In this document: positions 9,987-18,894 of the stretch, piece after piece | Position numbering within the stretch: the stretch's first letter is position 1 | Layout of the letters: every line of letters begins with the position of its first letter | Assembly: GCA_022450525.1 (NCBI GenBank) | Contig: JAKUQA010000001.1 | Coordinates: forward strand, 18,897-82,896 | Direction of reading: 5' to 3' | Source of the DNA: Dehalococcoidia bacterium | GTDB taxonomy: Bacteria > Chloroflexota > Dehalococcoidia > Lucifugimonadales > UBA6952 | DNA length: 64,000 nucleotides | Program-made: the position numbers and the translations under genes | Notes under the pieces: model-generated | Databases searched by the model: none | What the model was told of the DNA's origin: nothing | What the model saw: only the letters and a program-made list of their open reading frames with translations

Positions 9987-10778
9987 ATGAAAATATTACT
10001 AACAAATGACGATGGCGTTTATGCCCCAGGAATATGGGCTGTAGCAAATGCGTTGTCTGAAAACCATGAAATTTCAATCGTTGCTCCAAATAAAAACTGT
10101 AGTGGAGCTGGTTGTTCTATTTCCCTATTTACCCCAGTTACGATAAATTGTTTAAATGATTTGCCAAATTCTAATATCAAATTTCCTTGCTACGCAACCA
10201 GTGGAACACCTGCCGACTCAGCAATTCTCGGGCTTGAAACATTAATTGGAAAAGTAGATTTAGTGATTTCTGGTATAAATAATGGAAGTAATTTCGGTGA
10301 CGATGTTGTCTTTTCTGGAACAATTGGAGCAGCCCTACAAGGATATGTAAGAAAAATACCTTCAATTGCTCTTTCAATAGGTTCCTTAACACCAGATGAT
10401 TTTGAAATCGGTGCAAAAGTTGCGACATTAATGGCCGAAGTATTTGAATCAAAGATATATGAGGATATATCTTTACTCAATATAAATTTACCAAATAAAA
10501 AACTCTCTGAAATAAAAGGGATAACACAAGCTAACTTAGCTGATCGAGTATATTCAGATTCAATAAATGTGGAAGATTTCCGAACACAACGTTTTCATTG
10601 GGTTACGAGAACTAGACCTGATTGGGATGAGACAGAAAATACTGATGTCTGGGCAGTACGAAATGATCTGATCTCAATTACACCGATGACAAGTAATTTA
10701 AGTATTGAAAAAAATCCAGAAAATCTTTCATCTCTATTAGATTATTTAGCACTTCATCTTGGAATTCCAAAGAAATGA
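9987..10778 (+). CDS. surE: 5'/3'-nucleotidase SurE
   Basis: MKILLTNDDG, SGINNGSNFG and SGTIGAA. Confidence 0.9.
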   Translation: MKILLTNDDGVYAPGIWAVANALSENHEISIVAPNKNCSGAGCSISLFTPVTINCLNDLPNSNIKFPCYATSGTPADSAILGLETLIGKVDLVISGINNGSNFGDDVVFSGTIGAALQGYVRKIPSIALSIGSLTPDDFEIGAKVATLMAEVFESKIYEDISLLNINLPNKKLSEIKGITQANLADRVYSDSINVEDFRTQRFHWVTRTRPDWDETENTDVWAVRNDLISITPMTSNLSIEKNPENLSSLLDYLALHLGIPKK

Positions 10779-11834
10779 TTATAAGAGAATAACTACCTCT
10801 TCATCATTAACTTTGAATTTAGTTCCGTATGGAGTGGACATTTCTTGCATTTTAGAAACAACATCAGGTAGATCTGATGGTTTCCCAAATACTGGAGGTC
10901 CATTACCATCAATAGTTCCAGGGATAAATGATAGCTGAGAAATTTTACCATCTTTTATCAAGCATTTTGAAAATATTGCCATAAATTTCATTTCTTTAAA
11001 ATCCGCTAAGTCGTGTACAAAATTAGCCAAGGAATAAAAAATAGCTTTTCCGTTATATATTTCAATTGGTTGTGGTTGATGAGAATGGTGTCCTAAAACT
11101 AAATCTACTCCACAATCAATAACAAAATGTGCCATTTCTTTCTGATATTCCATTACTTCCACATCCCCTGGTCCAGCACCTGGATGTAATTGATATGGAG
11201 AAAGCCCCCAATGCCAAGACATTACCACTATATCTGCTATTTCCTTAGCTTTTTTAATATCTTCAGCAAGTTCATCACGGTATTTCCCGCGATCAGGAGT
11301 AGTACGAATTATAGGGAACCATCCTGGATTTGAATGTACTCGTGTGGTTGGTTCATATGATGTATATATCGGGTAAAAAGCAACACCTGGTGTGTCAATA
11401 GTTGCCCCCATGTCTGGCGTACCAACAGATGTTCTACAAACAAAAGCTACTTTAACTCCATTTTTTTCAATTAATGCTGGCTTTCTTGCTTCTTCAAGAT
11501 TGTGTCCGGCACCAGCATGTATAACGCCTGCTTGATCTAATACTTCTACAGCTCTGATTAATGGGTCTAGTCCATGATAAGTATTAGGGTTATTTGCTTG
11601 ATTCATAACATTAAATCCAGCTTTTAGATATGAATCAAGAACCGATTCATCAGAACGAGGGAGAGTAACTCTATCATATGGAGATAGATATTTTGCATCT
11701 GCAAGTACTGTTTCTAAATTACAAAATGCTATATCAGAATCTTGAGTTAGATGTTGTACTGATTCAAAAGCCGAATCAGGATTAGGCCTGCCAACGTTAG
11801 TATCTCCCACCATTATCATTTTTACTTCACTCAT
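10779..11834 (-). CDS. CapA-family metallophosphoesterase-like protein
   Basis: MVGDTNVGR, NLETV, ANNP, GHHSH and SLANF motifs typical of the CapA/PGA_cap family. Confidence 0.65.
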   Translation of the reverse strand: MSEVKMIMVGDTNVGRPNPDSAFESVQHLTQDSDIAFCNLETVLADAKYLSPYDRVTLPRSDESVLDSYLKAGFNVMNQANNPNTYHGLDPLIRAVEVLDQAGVIHAGAGHNLEEARKPALIEKNGVKVAFVCRTSVGTPDMGATIDTPGVAFYPIYTSYEPTTRVHSNPGWFPIIRTTPDRGKYRDELAEDIKKAKEIADIVVMSWHWGLSPYQLHPGAGPGDVEVMEYQKEMAHFVIDCGVDLVLGHHSHQPQPIEIYNGKAIFYSLANFVHDLADFKEMKFMAIFSKCLIKDGKISQLSFIPGTIDGNGPPVFGKPSDLPDVVSKMQEMSTPYGTKFKVNDEEVVILL

Positions 11835-11856
11835 ATTTAACTCCCATATCTCCTAA

Positions 11857-13008
11857 TTAAATAAAATCTTTCGACTTCATAAATTTATATAGTCTACTTA
11901 ACCCTTCTTTCATGTCATCTGTTGTACCAGCATATGAAAATCTAATTGTTTCATTACCTCGCTCTGCATCAAAATCAAAGCCTGGAGTTATAGCAATACC
12001 AGCTTCATCCAAAATATCACGAGCAAATTTAAAACTATTATTACTAAATTTACTAATATCTGCGTATATATAAAAAGCACCGTCTGGTGGAGCAATTTCA
12101 GTGAAGCCGGCTTTAGCCAATCCCTCAATCATTAAACTGCGATTTTCACGATAGACTGACATGTTATATTCTAACTCATCTTTGGCATCCATTGCAGCAA
12201 TTGCAGCCACCTGACTGACATGTGGAGCACAAATAAACATATTTTGTACTATACTTTCTATTTGACGAATATGATTTTCAGGAACAATTATCCATCCTAT
12301 TCGCCAACCTGTCATAGAAAAATATTTTGAAAATGAATTAATAACGTAACAGTCATCTGTTATCTCTAGCGCAGTAACTGCTTTTTTTTCATACTCAATA
12401 CCATGGTATATTTCATCACTTATAAACGAAATGTTATTTTCTTGAGATATATGTATCAAATCTGATAAAGATTTGTAATCAAGCATTGAGCCAGTTGGAT
12501 TTGCAGGAGATGCAATCAAAAACCCCGAGAGGTCATTATTTGGTAAATTTTGTGGTAAAGGCTGAAATCGATTTTCCATGATTGTCTGGATGGTTACAGG
12601 TACTAAATCAAGTGCTTTAAGTATTTGTTTATAGCTAGGATATCCCGGAGCTGCTATGCCTACTCTATCTCCTGAATCAAAAAGAGAAGTAAAAGATGCT
12701 ACAAATGCACTGGAAGAACCAGGAGTAATGGCTATTCTCTTTGGATTTATATCTACGTTATACCATTCCCCATATAATTCAGAAATACGCTTACGTAATT
12801 CTGGTAAACCTAAAGCAACTGTATATCCTAAATTGTTCTTGGTCATGGATTCGACTACAGAGTTTGTTGCTTGTTTTGGTGCAGGAGTACCAGGCTGGCC
12901 TACTTCCATGTGAATAATTCTTCTTCCAGATTCTTCTGCTTCACGTGCAGCTTCCATAACATCCATAACTATAAATGGATCAACATTACCACGTTTTGAA
13001 TTTTTCAT
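11857..13008 (-). CDS. Class I/II PLP-dependent aminotransferase (aspartate-aminotransferase-like)
   Basis: PGYPSY, ASPANPTG and the SFSKYFSMTGWRIGW PLP-lysine motif. Length 383 aa. Confidence 0.8.
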   Translation of the reverse strand: MKNSKRGNVDPFIVMDVMEAAREAEESGRRIIHMEVGQPGTPAPKQATNSVVESMTKNNLGYTVALGLPELRKRISELYGEWYNVDINPKRIAITPGSSSAFVASFTSLFDSGDRVGIAAPGYPSYKQILKALDLVPVTIQTIMENRFQPLPQNLPNNDLSGFLIASPANPTGSMLDYKSLSDLIHISQENNISFISDEIYHGIEYEKKAVTALEITDDCYVINSFSKYFSMTGWRIGWIIVPENHIRQIESIVQNMFICAPHVSQVAAIAAMDAKDELEYNMSVYRENRSLMIEGLAKAGFTEIAPPDGAFYIYADISKFSNNSFKFARDILDEAGIAITPGFDFDAERGNETIRFSYAGTTDDMKEGLSRLYKFMKSKDFI

Positions 13009-13037
13009 TTAAGAACCTAGCATTAAGAATTAATTCA

Positions 13038-13066
13038 TTGTAAATCGATGTTATTAAGTTTAAAAT
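13038..13066 (+). promoter_or_regulatory. Candidate promoter for tRNA-Arg: TTGTAA-N17-TAAAAT
   Basis: Hexamers at 13038-13043 and 13061-13066. The -10 ends 9 nt before the first tRNA base. Confidence 0.45.
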
Positions 13067-13075
13067 AGCCCTTCA

Positions 13076-13151
13076 GCCCCTGTAGCTCAGAGGATAGAGC
13101 AACGGTTTCCTAAACCGTGTGTCGTGCGTTCGAGTCGCATCAGGGGCACCA
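13076..13151 (+). tRNA. tRNA-Arg (anticodon CCT), CCA encoded
   Basis: Hand-folded cloverleaf. Acceptor GCCCCTG/CAGGGGC, D-arm GCTC-AGAGGATA-GAGC, anticodon arm ACGGT-TTCCTAA-ACCGT, variable loop GTGTC, T-arm GTGCG-TTCGAGT-CGCAT, then discriminator A plus CCA. Confidence 0.93.
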
Positions 13152-13154
13152 AAT

Positions 13155-13189
13155 TTACGTAAGATATTATTTTAATCTATCCTACGTAA
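13155..13189 (-). terminator. 12-bp stem-loop overlapping the stop codon of the 113-aa HAD gene; possible terminator or 3' stabiliser (no U-tract)
   Basis: TTACGTAAGATA (13155-13166) and TATCCTACGTAA (13178-13189) flank an 11-nt loop. The single mismatch on the plus strand becomes a G-U pair in the minus-strand RNA. Confidence 0.35.
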
Positions 13190-13523
13190 TCCAAGGTTCA
13201 TCTAACCCCTCTTGCTCCCACAAAAAATCAAACCCAGCTTGTTTAGCGTATTGTTGGTCTATTTCAGTATCACCTATATGATAATACTTATCTGCTGGAA
13301 ATTTGGTTTTTATATCTGGAAGTTGATGCTTTGCAGAAACGAAGCTTACCTCAATATCAAATCTATCCCAAATATTCTGTTGAACGGGAAGAGGGCGATC
13401 AGAACTGCTGCCTATAATGCATCCATGTTCTTTTGCTTTCTTTACCATTTGCATAGTAATTGGTCCTGGCGGATCGCCTGCTTCCAATGTTCCGTCTATA
13501 TCAAAACTAACTAATACTTTCAC
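13182..13523 (-). CDS. Minimal cap-less HAD-superfamily hydrolase (113 aa)
   Basis: Motif I is FDIDGTLE, motif II is GSSSD, and motifs III/IV are K...GDTEID. Confidence 0.6.
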   Translation of the reverse strand: MKVLVSFDIDGTLEAGDPPGPITMQMVKKAKEHGCIIGSSSDRPLPVQQNIWDRFDIEVSFVSAKHQLPDIKTKFPADKYYHIGDTEIDQQYAKQAGFDFLWEQEGLDEPWIT

Positions 13524-13533
13524 TTATAATCCC

Positions 13534-14823
13534 TTATGATCCTTGGTGGCTACTATACATAACAAAGCCACATGCATCAGGGGTGTTACTTCCTGCTAGA
13601 GCAATTTCAGCTTTAACATTAACTTGTCTTGGTCCAGCAGTTCCTCTCAACTGTTCAATACTATCGCTGTGAAGAGCAGATCTCGTACGACCTGTGCCTA
13701 GATTTCCTCCACTAGATAAAAATGGATGTGGCCCTTCAACTCGTATGTCATCGGCATAAAAGTCATGAGCTTCACCACGCCCTACACCATGCCATTGAAA
13801 ACCTTCAAGGAATTGTTGTGTAAAGGTTGCATATCCATCATATGGATTAAAAATATCTACGTCTTTAATATTAACACCAGAACCTTCTTCCATTTTTCTA
13901 GCTAAACTAGATACAGCTTCTTGATGTTCATCCAATGTTGCCATTGTACTTCTACCACGAACACTATTTTGTGCGTGGTTTAATATATAAACTGGTTTTT
14001 GTCGTAGTTTTTTTGCTTTCTCAGCAGTTGTGAATATGAAAGCTGCACATGCCATAACTGGTCGATCGCAATCATATACAACTAAAGGCTCTTCTACTAC
14101 TCGCCCGTTAAGATAATCCTCTTTAGTCAATTGATATGGTTCATGCAATGAATAATATGACCAAGGAGTAAGTAATCCGTTTCGTCTCTGATTCATTACA
14201 AAAGGTGCCAAAGCTTCATGAGATGTATTATATCTTTGGCAATATTGTTGAAATACTATTGCATTATTAAACATAGCACCAGATTGATAACCCCATGGTA
14301 ATGTAAATGCATTACCGCCCTTAGCTTCATTACTATTATTAGCTGGATTATTATGGCCATAACGTCCAGATAAATTAACCATTGGATACCAACATACTAA
14401 AGTTTCAGCCATTCCATCGCCTACAGCTTGAGCTGCCATACCAAGCATAGGGCCAATATATGGAGCGTCAGATTCAATATATTTTACATTTTTTAACCCT
14501 AATTCTTTTTGAATAAATTCTCCAGAACAGTAGGTCAAGCCATCTTCAGTATCATATGGAGGTGCAAAATATGGACGTGGAGCCCAGGTTTGCTCTGCTC
14601 TTGTTTCTTTACTTGTCATCAATCCATCTATTTCATCAAGGCCAATTCCCGCATCGGAAATGGCTTTTAAAATTGATTCTTTACTTGTGCCACCACATGA
14701 TCTTTCAAGATCGACTCCATCCCATCGACGTTGTATGTATGATTGTCCCCAACCAACAACTGCAACTTTACCCCTATGTTCCCAAAGGCCCATTCCTTCC
14801 TTATCTCTTTGCCAGTTTGCCAT
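13534..14823 (-). CDS. Thiolase-fold (SCP2-thiolase/Ltp-like) protein, divergent
   Basis: Length 429 aa with thiolase-like layout: KVAVVGWG N-terminus, DCDRPVMACAAFIFT, NPYDGYATF and SSGGNLGTGRT. It is paired with a DUF35 gene immediately upstream. Confidence 0.55.
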   Translation of the reverse strand: MANWQRDKEGMGLWEHRGKVAVVGWGQSYIQRRWDGVDLERSCGGTSKESILKAISDAGIGLDEIDGLMTSKETRAEQTWAPRPYFAPPYDTEDGLTYCSGEFIQKELGLKNVKYIESDAPYIGPMLGMAAQAVGDGMAETLVCWYPMVNLSGRYGHNNPANNSNEAKGGNAFTLPWGYQSGAMFNNAIVFQQYCQRYNTSHEALAPFVMNQRRNGLLTPWSYYSLHEPYQLTKEDYLNGRVVEEPLVVYDCDRPVMACAAFIFTTAEKAKKLRQKPVYILNHAQNSVRGRSTMATLDEHQEAVSSLARKMEEGSGVNIKDVDIFNPYDGYATFTQQFLEGFQWHGVGRGEAHDFYADDIRVEGPHPFLSSGGNLGTGRTRSALHSDSIEQLRGTAGPRQVNVKAEIALAGSNTPDACGFVMYSSHQGS

Positions 14824-14892
14824 GACTTAATTCCTTTCTTGTCTAAATATAGCTCTATCTTTTCGATAGGCATATATCTCGTAGTTGTTAAA

Positions 14893-15333
14893 TTATCCTA
14901 TCACTCGCCATTCTGGGACAAGTTGTCGGCCAACTTCCACAGATTCATCAAATATAACTTCAACTGCTGCACCTACAGGTACTTCTCCAGCAGGGGTTCC
15001 TGGAAGATTAGAAAGAAAATTTAACCCAGGATCTTCATCCAACGTTATAATTGCAAAATTTATTGGCTGTGCACCTCTAAATCCTTTAATTCTTGAATCT
15101 TTAATAACCAAATAAACATCAATGTGACCTTTACCTTCAACCTCTTTCCAGCCTAAGGGTTCGGTAGTATCGCATTCATTGCATTTTTCTTTAGGAGGGT
15201 AAATATTGAGGTCACAAGGGCCACAATGTTGTACTACTAGTTTTTTTTCATTAGCTGCATCCCAAAAAGGTTTTGCCCAATCAAATGGAACTGGTACGGG
15301 ACGTTCTAACCCATCTATCATAGACATAATCAT
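14893..15333 (-). CDS. DUF35 protein (zinc-ribbon plus OB-fold)
   Basis: PFWDAANEKKLVVQHCGPCDLNIYPPKEKCNECD is the rubredoxin-like 4-Cys knuckle, followed by an OB-fold-length C-terminus. Confidence 0.75.
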   Translation of the reverse strand: MIMSMIDGLERPVPVPFDWAKPFWDAANEKKLVVQHCGPCDLNIYPPKEKCNECDTTEPLGWKEVEGKGHIDVYLVIKDSRIKGFRGAQPINFAIITLDEDPGLNFLSNLPGTPAGEVPVGAAVEVIFDESVEVGRQLVPEWRVIG

Positions 15334-15477
15334 TCCTCCTTTGTTTATAATCTATAACCTATCAACACTTCAACTTCACAAGTGGTGCCAACTAGTTTAC
15401 ATCTGTATTTATCTATATTGCAACAACAATTAGTGATTATCATCATAAACATTATTAAAATATTTCAATTAAAACAC

Positions 15478-16374
15478 TTATATCGTTGCAAATATTTCTA
15501 TTGTTTGAGGAATTACGTCAACTTTAATCGGAGTGTTTCCGATTATTTCACCGTCTACATTCAATATATTATTTTTTTCTGTGAATATTGAAAATTCGTT
15601 CGATTGGTAGTACGTAACCTCTGGTTCAAATATATGAGTACCCTTATATAATTTAGGCAGAACCGATAATAATCTCAATCTACTTATTTCATGATCCACA
15701 ACTACCACATCTATTAAGCCATCATCAATCTTAGCTTTCGGCGCCATTTTCATCCCTTTACCTACATGTATAGAATTACACCCTATGATGAACATAAATT
15801 TTGTATCTATTATTTTATCTTGTATTTTAAGAATAGCTTTTCTGGATTTTTTAAATAAAATTTCAAACAACGCAGCCAGAGTATAACGTATTGGACCAAT
15901 CCATCTGATATTTTCTGCTGTTAGCCCTACGTCAGTCACCATGCCCCATCCAATTAAATTTATCCCATAACGTATTTCATCACCCATTTGTAAACGCATA
16001 ACATCTATTAATCGGGTTTCATTAGATATGATTAAATTAACAGCTTTTACTGGGTCTACTAAATCCAAATCGTGCATAAAGGAATTACCGGATCCAGCGG
16101 GTATAATACCTATTGGAATTTTTTTCTGATCACTTCTATTCAACAAACCATTGATAACTTCATGAAAAGTACCGTCTCCACCAATTATTAAAAGTCCATT
16201 GTATTTTGTTATATCAAATTCTCTAGCTATATTTTCAGAATGACCAGAATAATCTGTTTTTATTATATCAATTTCTATATCTGACTCTATAAAAAGAGGT
16301 TGGATTTTTTCTAGTATTTTTAAACCTTGTTTTTTGCCACTAAATGGATTAACAATAAGTATAAATTTCATCAT
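15478..16374 (-). CDS. Diacylglycerol-kinase-family lipid kinase (YegS/DagK-like)
   Basis: IVNPFSGKKQG, IIGGDGTFHEV, IPAGSGNSF and NVDGE. Confidence 0.8.
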   Translation of the reverse strand: MMKFILIVNPFSGKKQGLKILEKIQPLFIESDIEIDIIKTDYSGHSENIAREFDITKYNGLLIIGGDGTFHEVINGLLNRSDQKKIPIGIIPAGSGNSFMHDLDLVDPVKAVNLIISNETRLIDVMRLQMGDEIRYGINLIGWGMVTDVGLTAENIRWIGPIRYTLAALFEILFKKSRKAILKIQDKIIDTKFMFIIGCNSIHVGKGMKMAPKAKIDDGLIDVVVVDHEISRLRLLSVLPKLYKGTHIFEPEVTYYQSNEFSIFTEKNNILNVDGEIIGNTPIKVDVIPQTIEIFATI

Positions 16375-16392
16375 AAAATCCTTAATATTTAC

Positions 16393-17316
16393 TTATAACA
16401 ATTCGACAATGGCGATACCTTGTTCTCCAGCAACACAATAAAATAAATATTCTTTATTATTTGTTTTGAAGTAAGCTGGATCTCTCAACTGATGAACTTT
16501 ATCCATTATGGCACCACGTGCTGAAGGAACCAAAGGCATATCAAACCCTTCATATTCCATTTCAGGTTTTAAAACAACACGAGACTCAGATTCTTTCCAT
16601 TTTGACCAATCATGACCTAATTCTATGTTTGAAAAATATATTTGCTCTGGACAGTCGTGAGCGTTTGTATAAAACACAGTAAGGATATTTTTATCCAACT
16701 TTAATGCGCAATGCCTCATCTGTGGTGTGAATAACGAGTGTCCTTGTTCAAAATTTGTAATTCCATCCTTTGAGCGATATAGTACTCCAGGCATACCAAT
16801 TGCATAATAATAATCTTCATAATGAAAAACTCGAAAGTAAGAATTACCTAAGATTTCGGGTTGAGGTGTAAAATTCAAACCATCTTCAGATAATGAAACT
16901 CTCGTTAGTTGAGGAGTACCTTGTTGCCTCAAACCAGTACTGTAATTTGGATCTGAAAGTTGGTCTGTAGGAGTTTCAACAAATACTGGAGATTCATACC
17001 CATGATAATACATCCGTATTTGTTTATTTTCATTGTCTATATGTACATCCGGTGATGCTATATGTCCAAAAAATAAAGAATTTTCTATTTGTAGTGTTCC
17101 TGATTCATATATTCTCCAAGGACCTTCTATAAAATCTGAATATGCAAGCCGAATATATTCTCCATTATGATGTGCAAAATATAAATAATATTTCGCTAAA
17201 GGGTTAGATATCCATTCAGGAACTTCTATAATTGATGGGCCATTAATATTTCCACCAAGATCTGGGAAAGATTTATTAGCAATTATAGGTTCATTCAATA
17301 TCCTTTTCGCCTGCAT
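16393..17316 (-). CDS. Predicted beta-propeller, glycoside-hydrolase-like protein (family not resolved)
   Basis: NGPSIIEVPEW...YYLYFAHHNGEYIRLAYSD..GPW resembles GH43/GH117-like propeller proteins. This rests on recollection only. Confidence 0.3.
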   Translation of the reverse strand: MQAKRILNEPIIANKSFPDLGGNINGPSIIEVPEWISNPLAKYYLYFAHHNGEYIRLAYSDFIEGPWRIYESGTLQIENSLFFGHIASPDVHIDNENKQIRMYYHGYESPVFVETPTDQLSDPNYSTGLRQQGTPQLTRVSLSEDGLNFTPQPEILGNSYFRVFHYEDYYYAIGMPGVLYRSKDGITNFEQGHSLFTPQMRHCALKLDKNILTVFYTNAHDCPEQIYFSNIELGHDWSKWKESESRVVLKPEMEYEGFDMPLVPSARGAIMDKVHQLRDPAYFKTNNKEYLFYCVAGEQGIAIVELL

Positions 17317-17323
17317 ATTATTT

Positions 17324-18058
17324 TTACTCCTTTATAAAACCTACTGCTGTTGATAGATATAAATGGGCATCATTTTCAATCGAAAACGCTTGTCCTTTTT
17401 GTAATCTCCCATCACCCCAATAGTTTGACTGGATATTATTACTGTTTTTTAAAAAAATTCTTTCAAATGAATATCGTCCTTTGTAGGATAAAAATTCTTC
17501 AGATCCTTGGAATGTTATATCACATATTTCAACACCACTTATCATTCTAAAAGGGGAGCAACCTACACTAATCGCTTCACCAAATGGATTCTTTATATAA
17601 ATAACTGATTCAATAACAGAACTTGAATATGAATCCACAACTATAACTGTTCGAATTTGATTATTTTCTACAGAAATACTAAGACCTTCTAAGCTAGGTC
17701 CATATTGATTTGGGTCTGGTGTTGGTAAAGGCGTAGGAATAGGTGTAGCCGTTGGAGTAGCCGTTGGAGTAGGTGTAGCTGTTGGTGCTAGTGTTGCAAT
17801 CGGGGTCAACGTTGGTGTTGGGGTTGGGACTGGTGTTTCTGTGGCTAAAGAAATAGGAGTGGAAGTTGGAGATGCCCCAGGAATTAGAGTAACTGTAGGT
17901 TTTACAATCAGAGTTGAAATCGGTGTAGGAGACAGTTTAGTTTCATTATCACTAGAATCTTCAACAATTGAATATCCAACAATATCATCACCAAAAAATA
18001 ATCGATTAATTGAAATTAACACTACAACTATGAGTATAATTCCGGCTATATATCTCAT
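17324..18058 (-). CDS. Membrane-anchored Pro/Thr-rich protein with a C-terminal domain of unknown function
   Basis: N-terminal TM helix (IAGIILIVVVLISI), then a roughly 70-aa PT linker (TPTPTLTPIATLAPTATPTPTATPTATPIPTPLPTP), then a roughly 130-aa domain with 2 Cys. Confidence 0.6.
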   Translation of the reverse strand: MRYIAGIILIVVVLISINRLFFGDDIVGYSIVEDSSDNETKLSPTPISTLIVKPTVTLIPGASPTSTPISLATETPVPTPTPTLTPIATLAPTATPTPTATPTATPIPTPLPTPDPNQYGPSLEGLSISVENNQIRTVIVVDSYSSSVIESVIYIKNPFGEAISVGCSPFRMISGVEICDITFQGSEEFLSYKGRYSFERIFLKNSNNIQSNYWGDGRLQKGQAFSIENDAHLYLSTAVGFIKE

Positions 18059-18064
18059 AAACTA

Positions 18065-18886
18065 TCAACTTAAGCTATTAATAAAGTTATCGAGATGTAA
18101 TATAACCTCTTTCGGATTTTCATCTAGACACCAGTGTCCACCATTAGAAATTTGAACAAGATCACAATTTGGAATAATTTCGTTCATCTTTTGTGCAACT
18201 TCCAAACGTAATAGAGGTGATTCACTACCCCTAATTATTAAAGTTTCTACCTCTATTTTTGGCAAAATATGCCATGCTTCTGGTCTTTCATATTCTAAAA
18301 CTATTTGACGATCTCTTTTCCAAACTCGACCACCATTTGGTAAAGGATTAGTCATAATTTCAGCGAGATGATTTAATATTTCTTCACTTGTTTTTGGTTC
18401 TCTAGATCGTAATCGTTCTACAACTGATTGCAAATCATCCCATTCATCACTTTCTTCCCGATATCTAACAAACATATTTCCTGATCCAGGATTCACAGCA
18501 TCTGGATCCATGTCAATAATTACTAAACCAGAAACCCTAGAAGAATCATTTGCTGTGTGAGTAAAAGCGTATTTACCACCGGCAGAATGCCCAATTAAAA
18601 CGACGTCTTTTAAGTCTAATTCTTCCAAAAATCCCTTTACATCTTGAACATATTTATCAAATTGGTATTGACCAGGGACCCAATCACTATTTCCATGACC
18701 GCGAGCATCAACTGCAAAAACGTGATAATTTCCTGAAAGCTCTTTTGCAATATGATCCCAATTTCTAGCAGTATCTTGCAATCCATGCAAAAGTACTATA
18801 TTTCTTCCTTCCCCTCCCCAATCTACATAACCAATATTAATACCATTAATTAGAACAGTTTTATTTTCGCCCAGTGTATTAGCCAT
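18065..18886 (-). CDS. Alpha/beta-fold hydrolase
   Basis: HGLQD oxyanion region, nucleophile elbow GHSAGG and C-terminal GGHWCLDE (His). Confidence 0.8.
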   Translation of the reverse strand: MANTLGENKTVLINGINIGYVDWGGEGRNIVLLHGLQDTARNWDHIAKELSGNYHVFAVDARGHGNSDWVPGQYQFDKYVQDVKGFLEELDLKDVVLIGHSAGGKYAFTHTANDSSRVSGLVIIDMDPDAVNPGSGNMFVRYREESDEWDDLQSVVERLRSREPKTSEEILNHLAEIMTNPLPNGGRVWKRDRQIVLEYERPEAWHILPKIEVETLIIRGSESPLLRLEVAQKMNEIIPNCDLVQISNGGHWCLDENPKEVILHLDNFINSLS

Positions 18887-18894
18887 ATTAATTA

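Noticed and set aside
14824-14892. 69-nt spacer between the DUF35 and thiolase-fold genes, with a small palindrome (CTATC-TTTTC-GATAG) and a bridging 68-aa ORF (14667-14873).
   Set aside because: The palindrome has only a 5-bp stem. The bridging ORF overlaps the well-supported thiolase-fold N-terminus in another frame and has no RBS. The spacer carries the AAGGAA RBS for the thiolase-fold gene.
17700-17850. Short imperfect direct repeats (GTAGCCGTTGGA-like), checked as a possible CRISPR or other non-coding array.
   Set aside because: They lie in-frame within the Pro/Thr linker of the 244-aa membrane-anchored protein. The units are irregular and contiguous, with no spacers.
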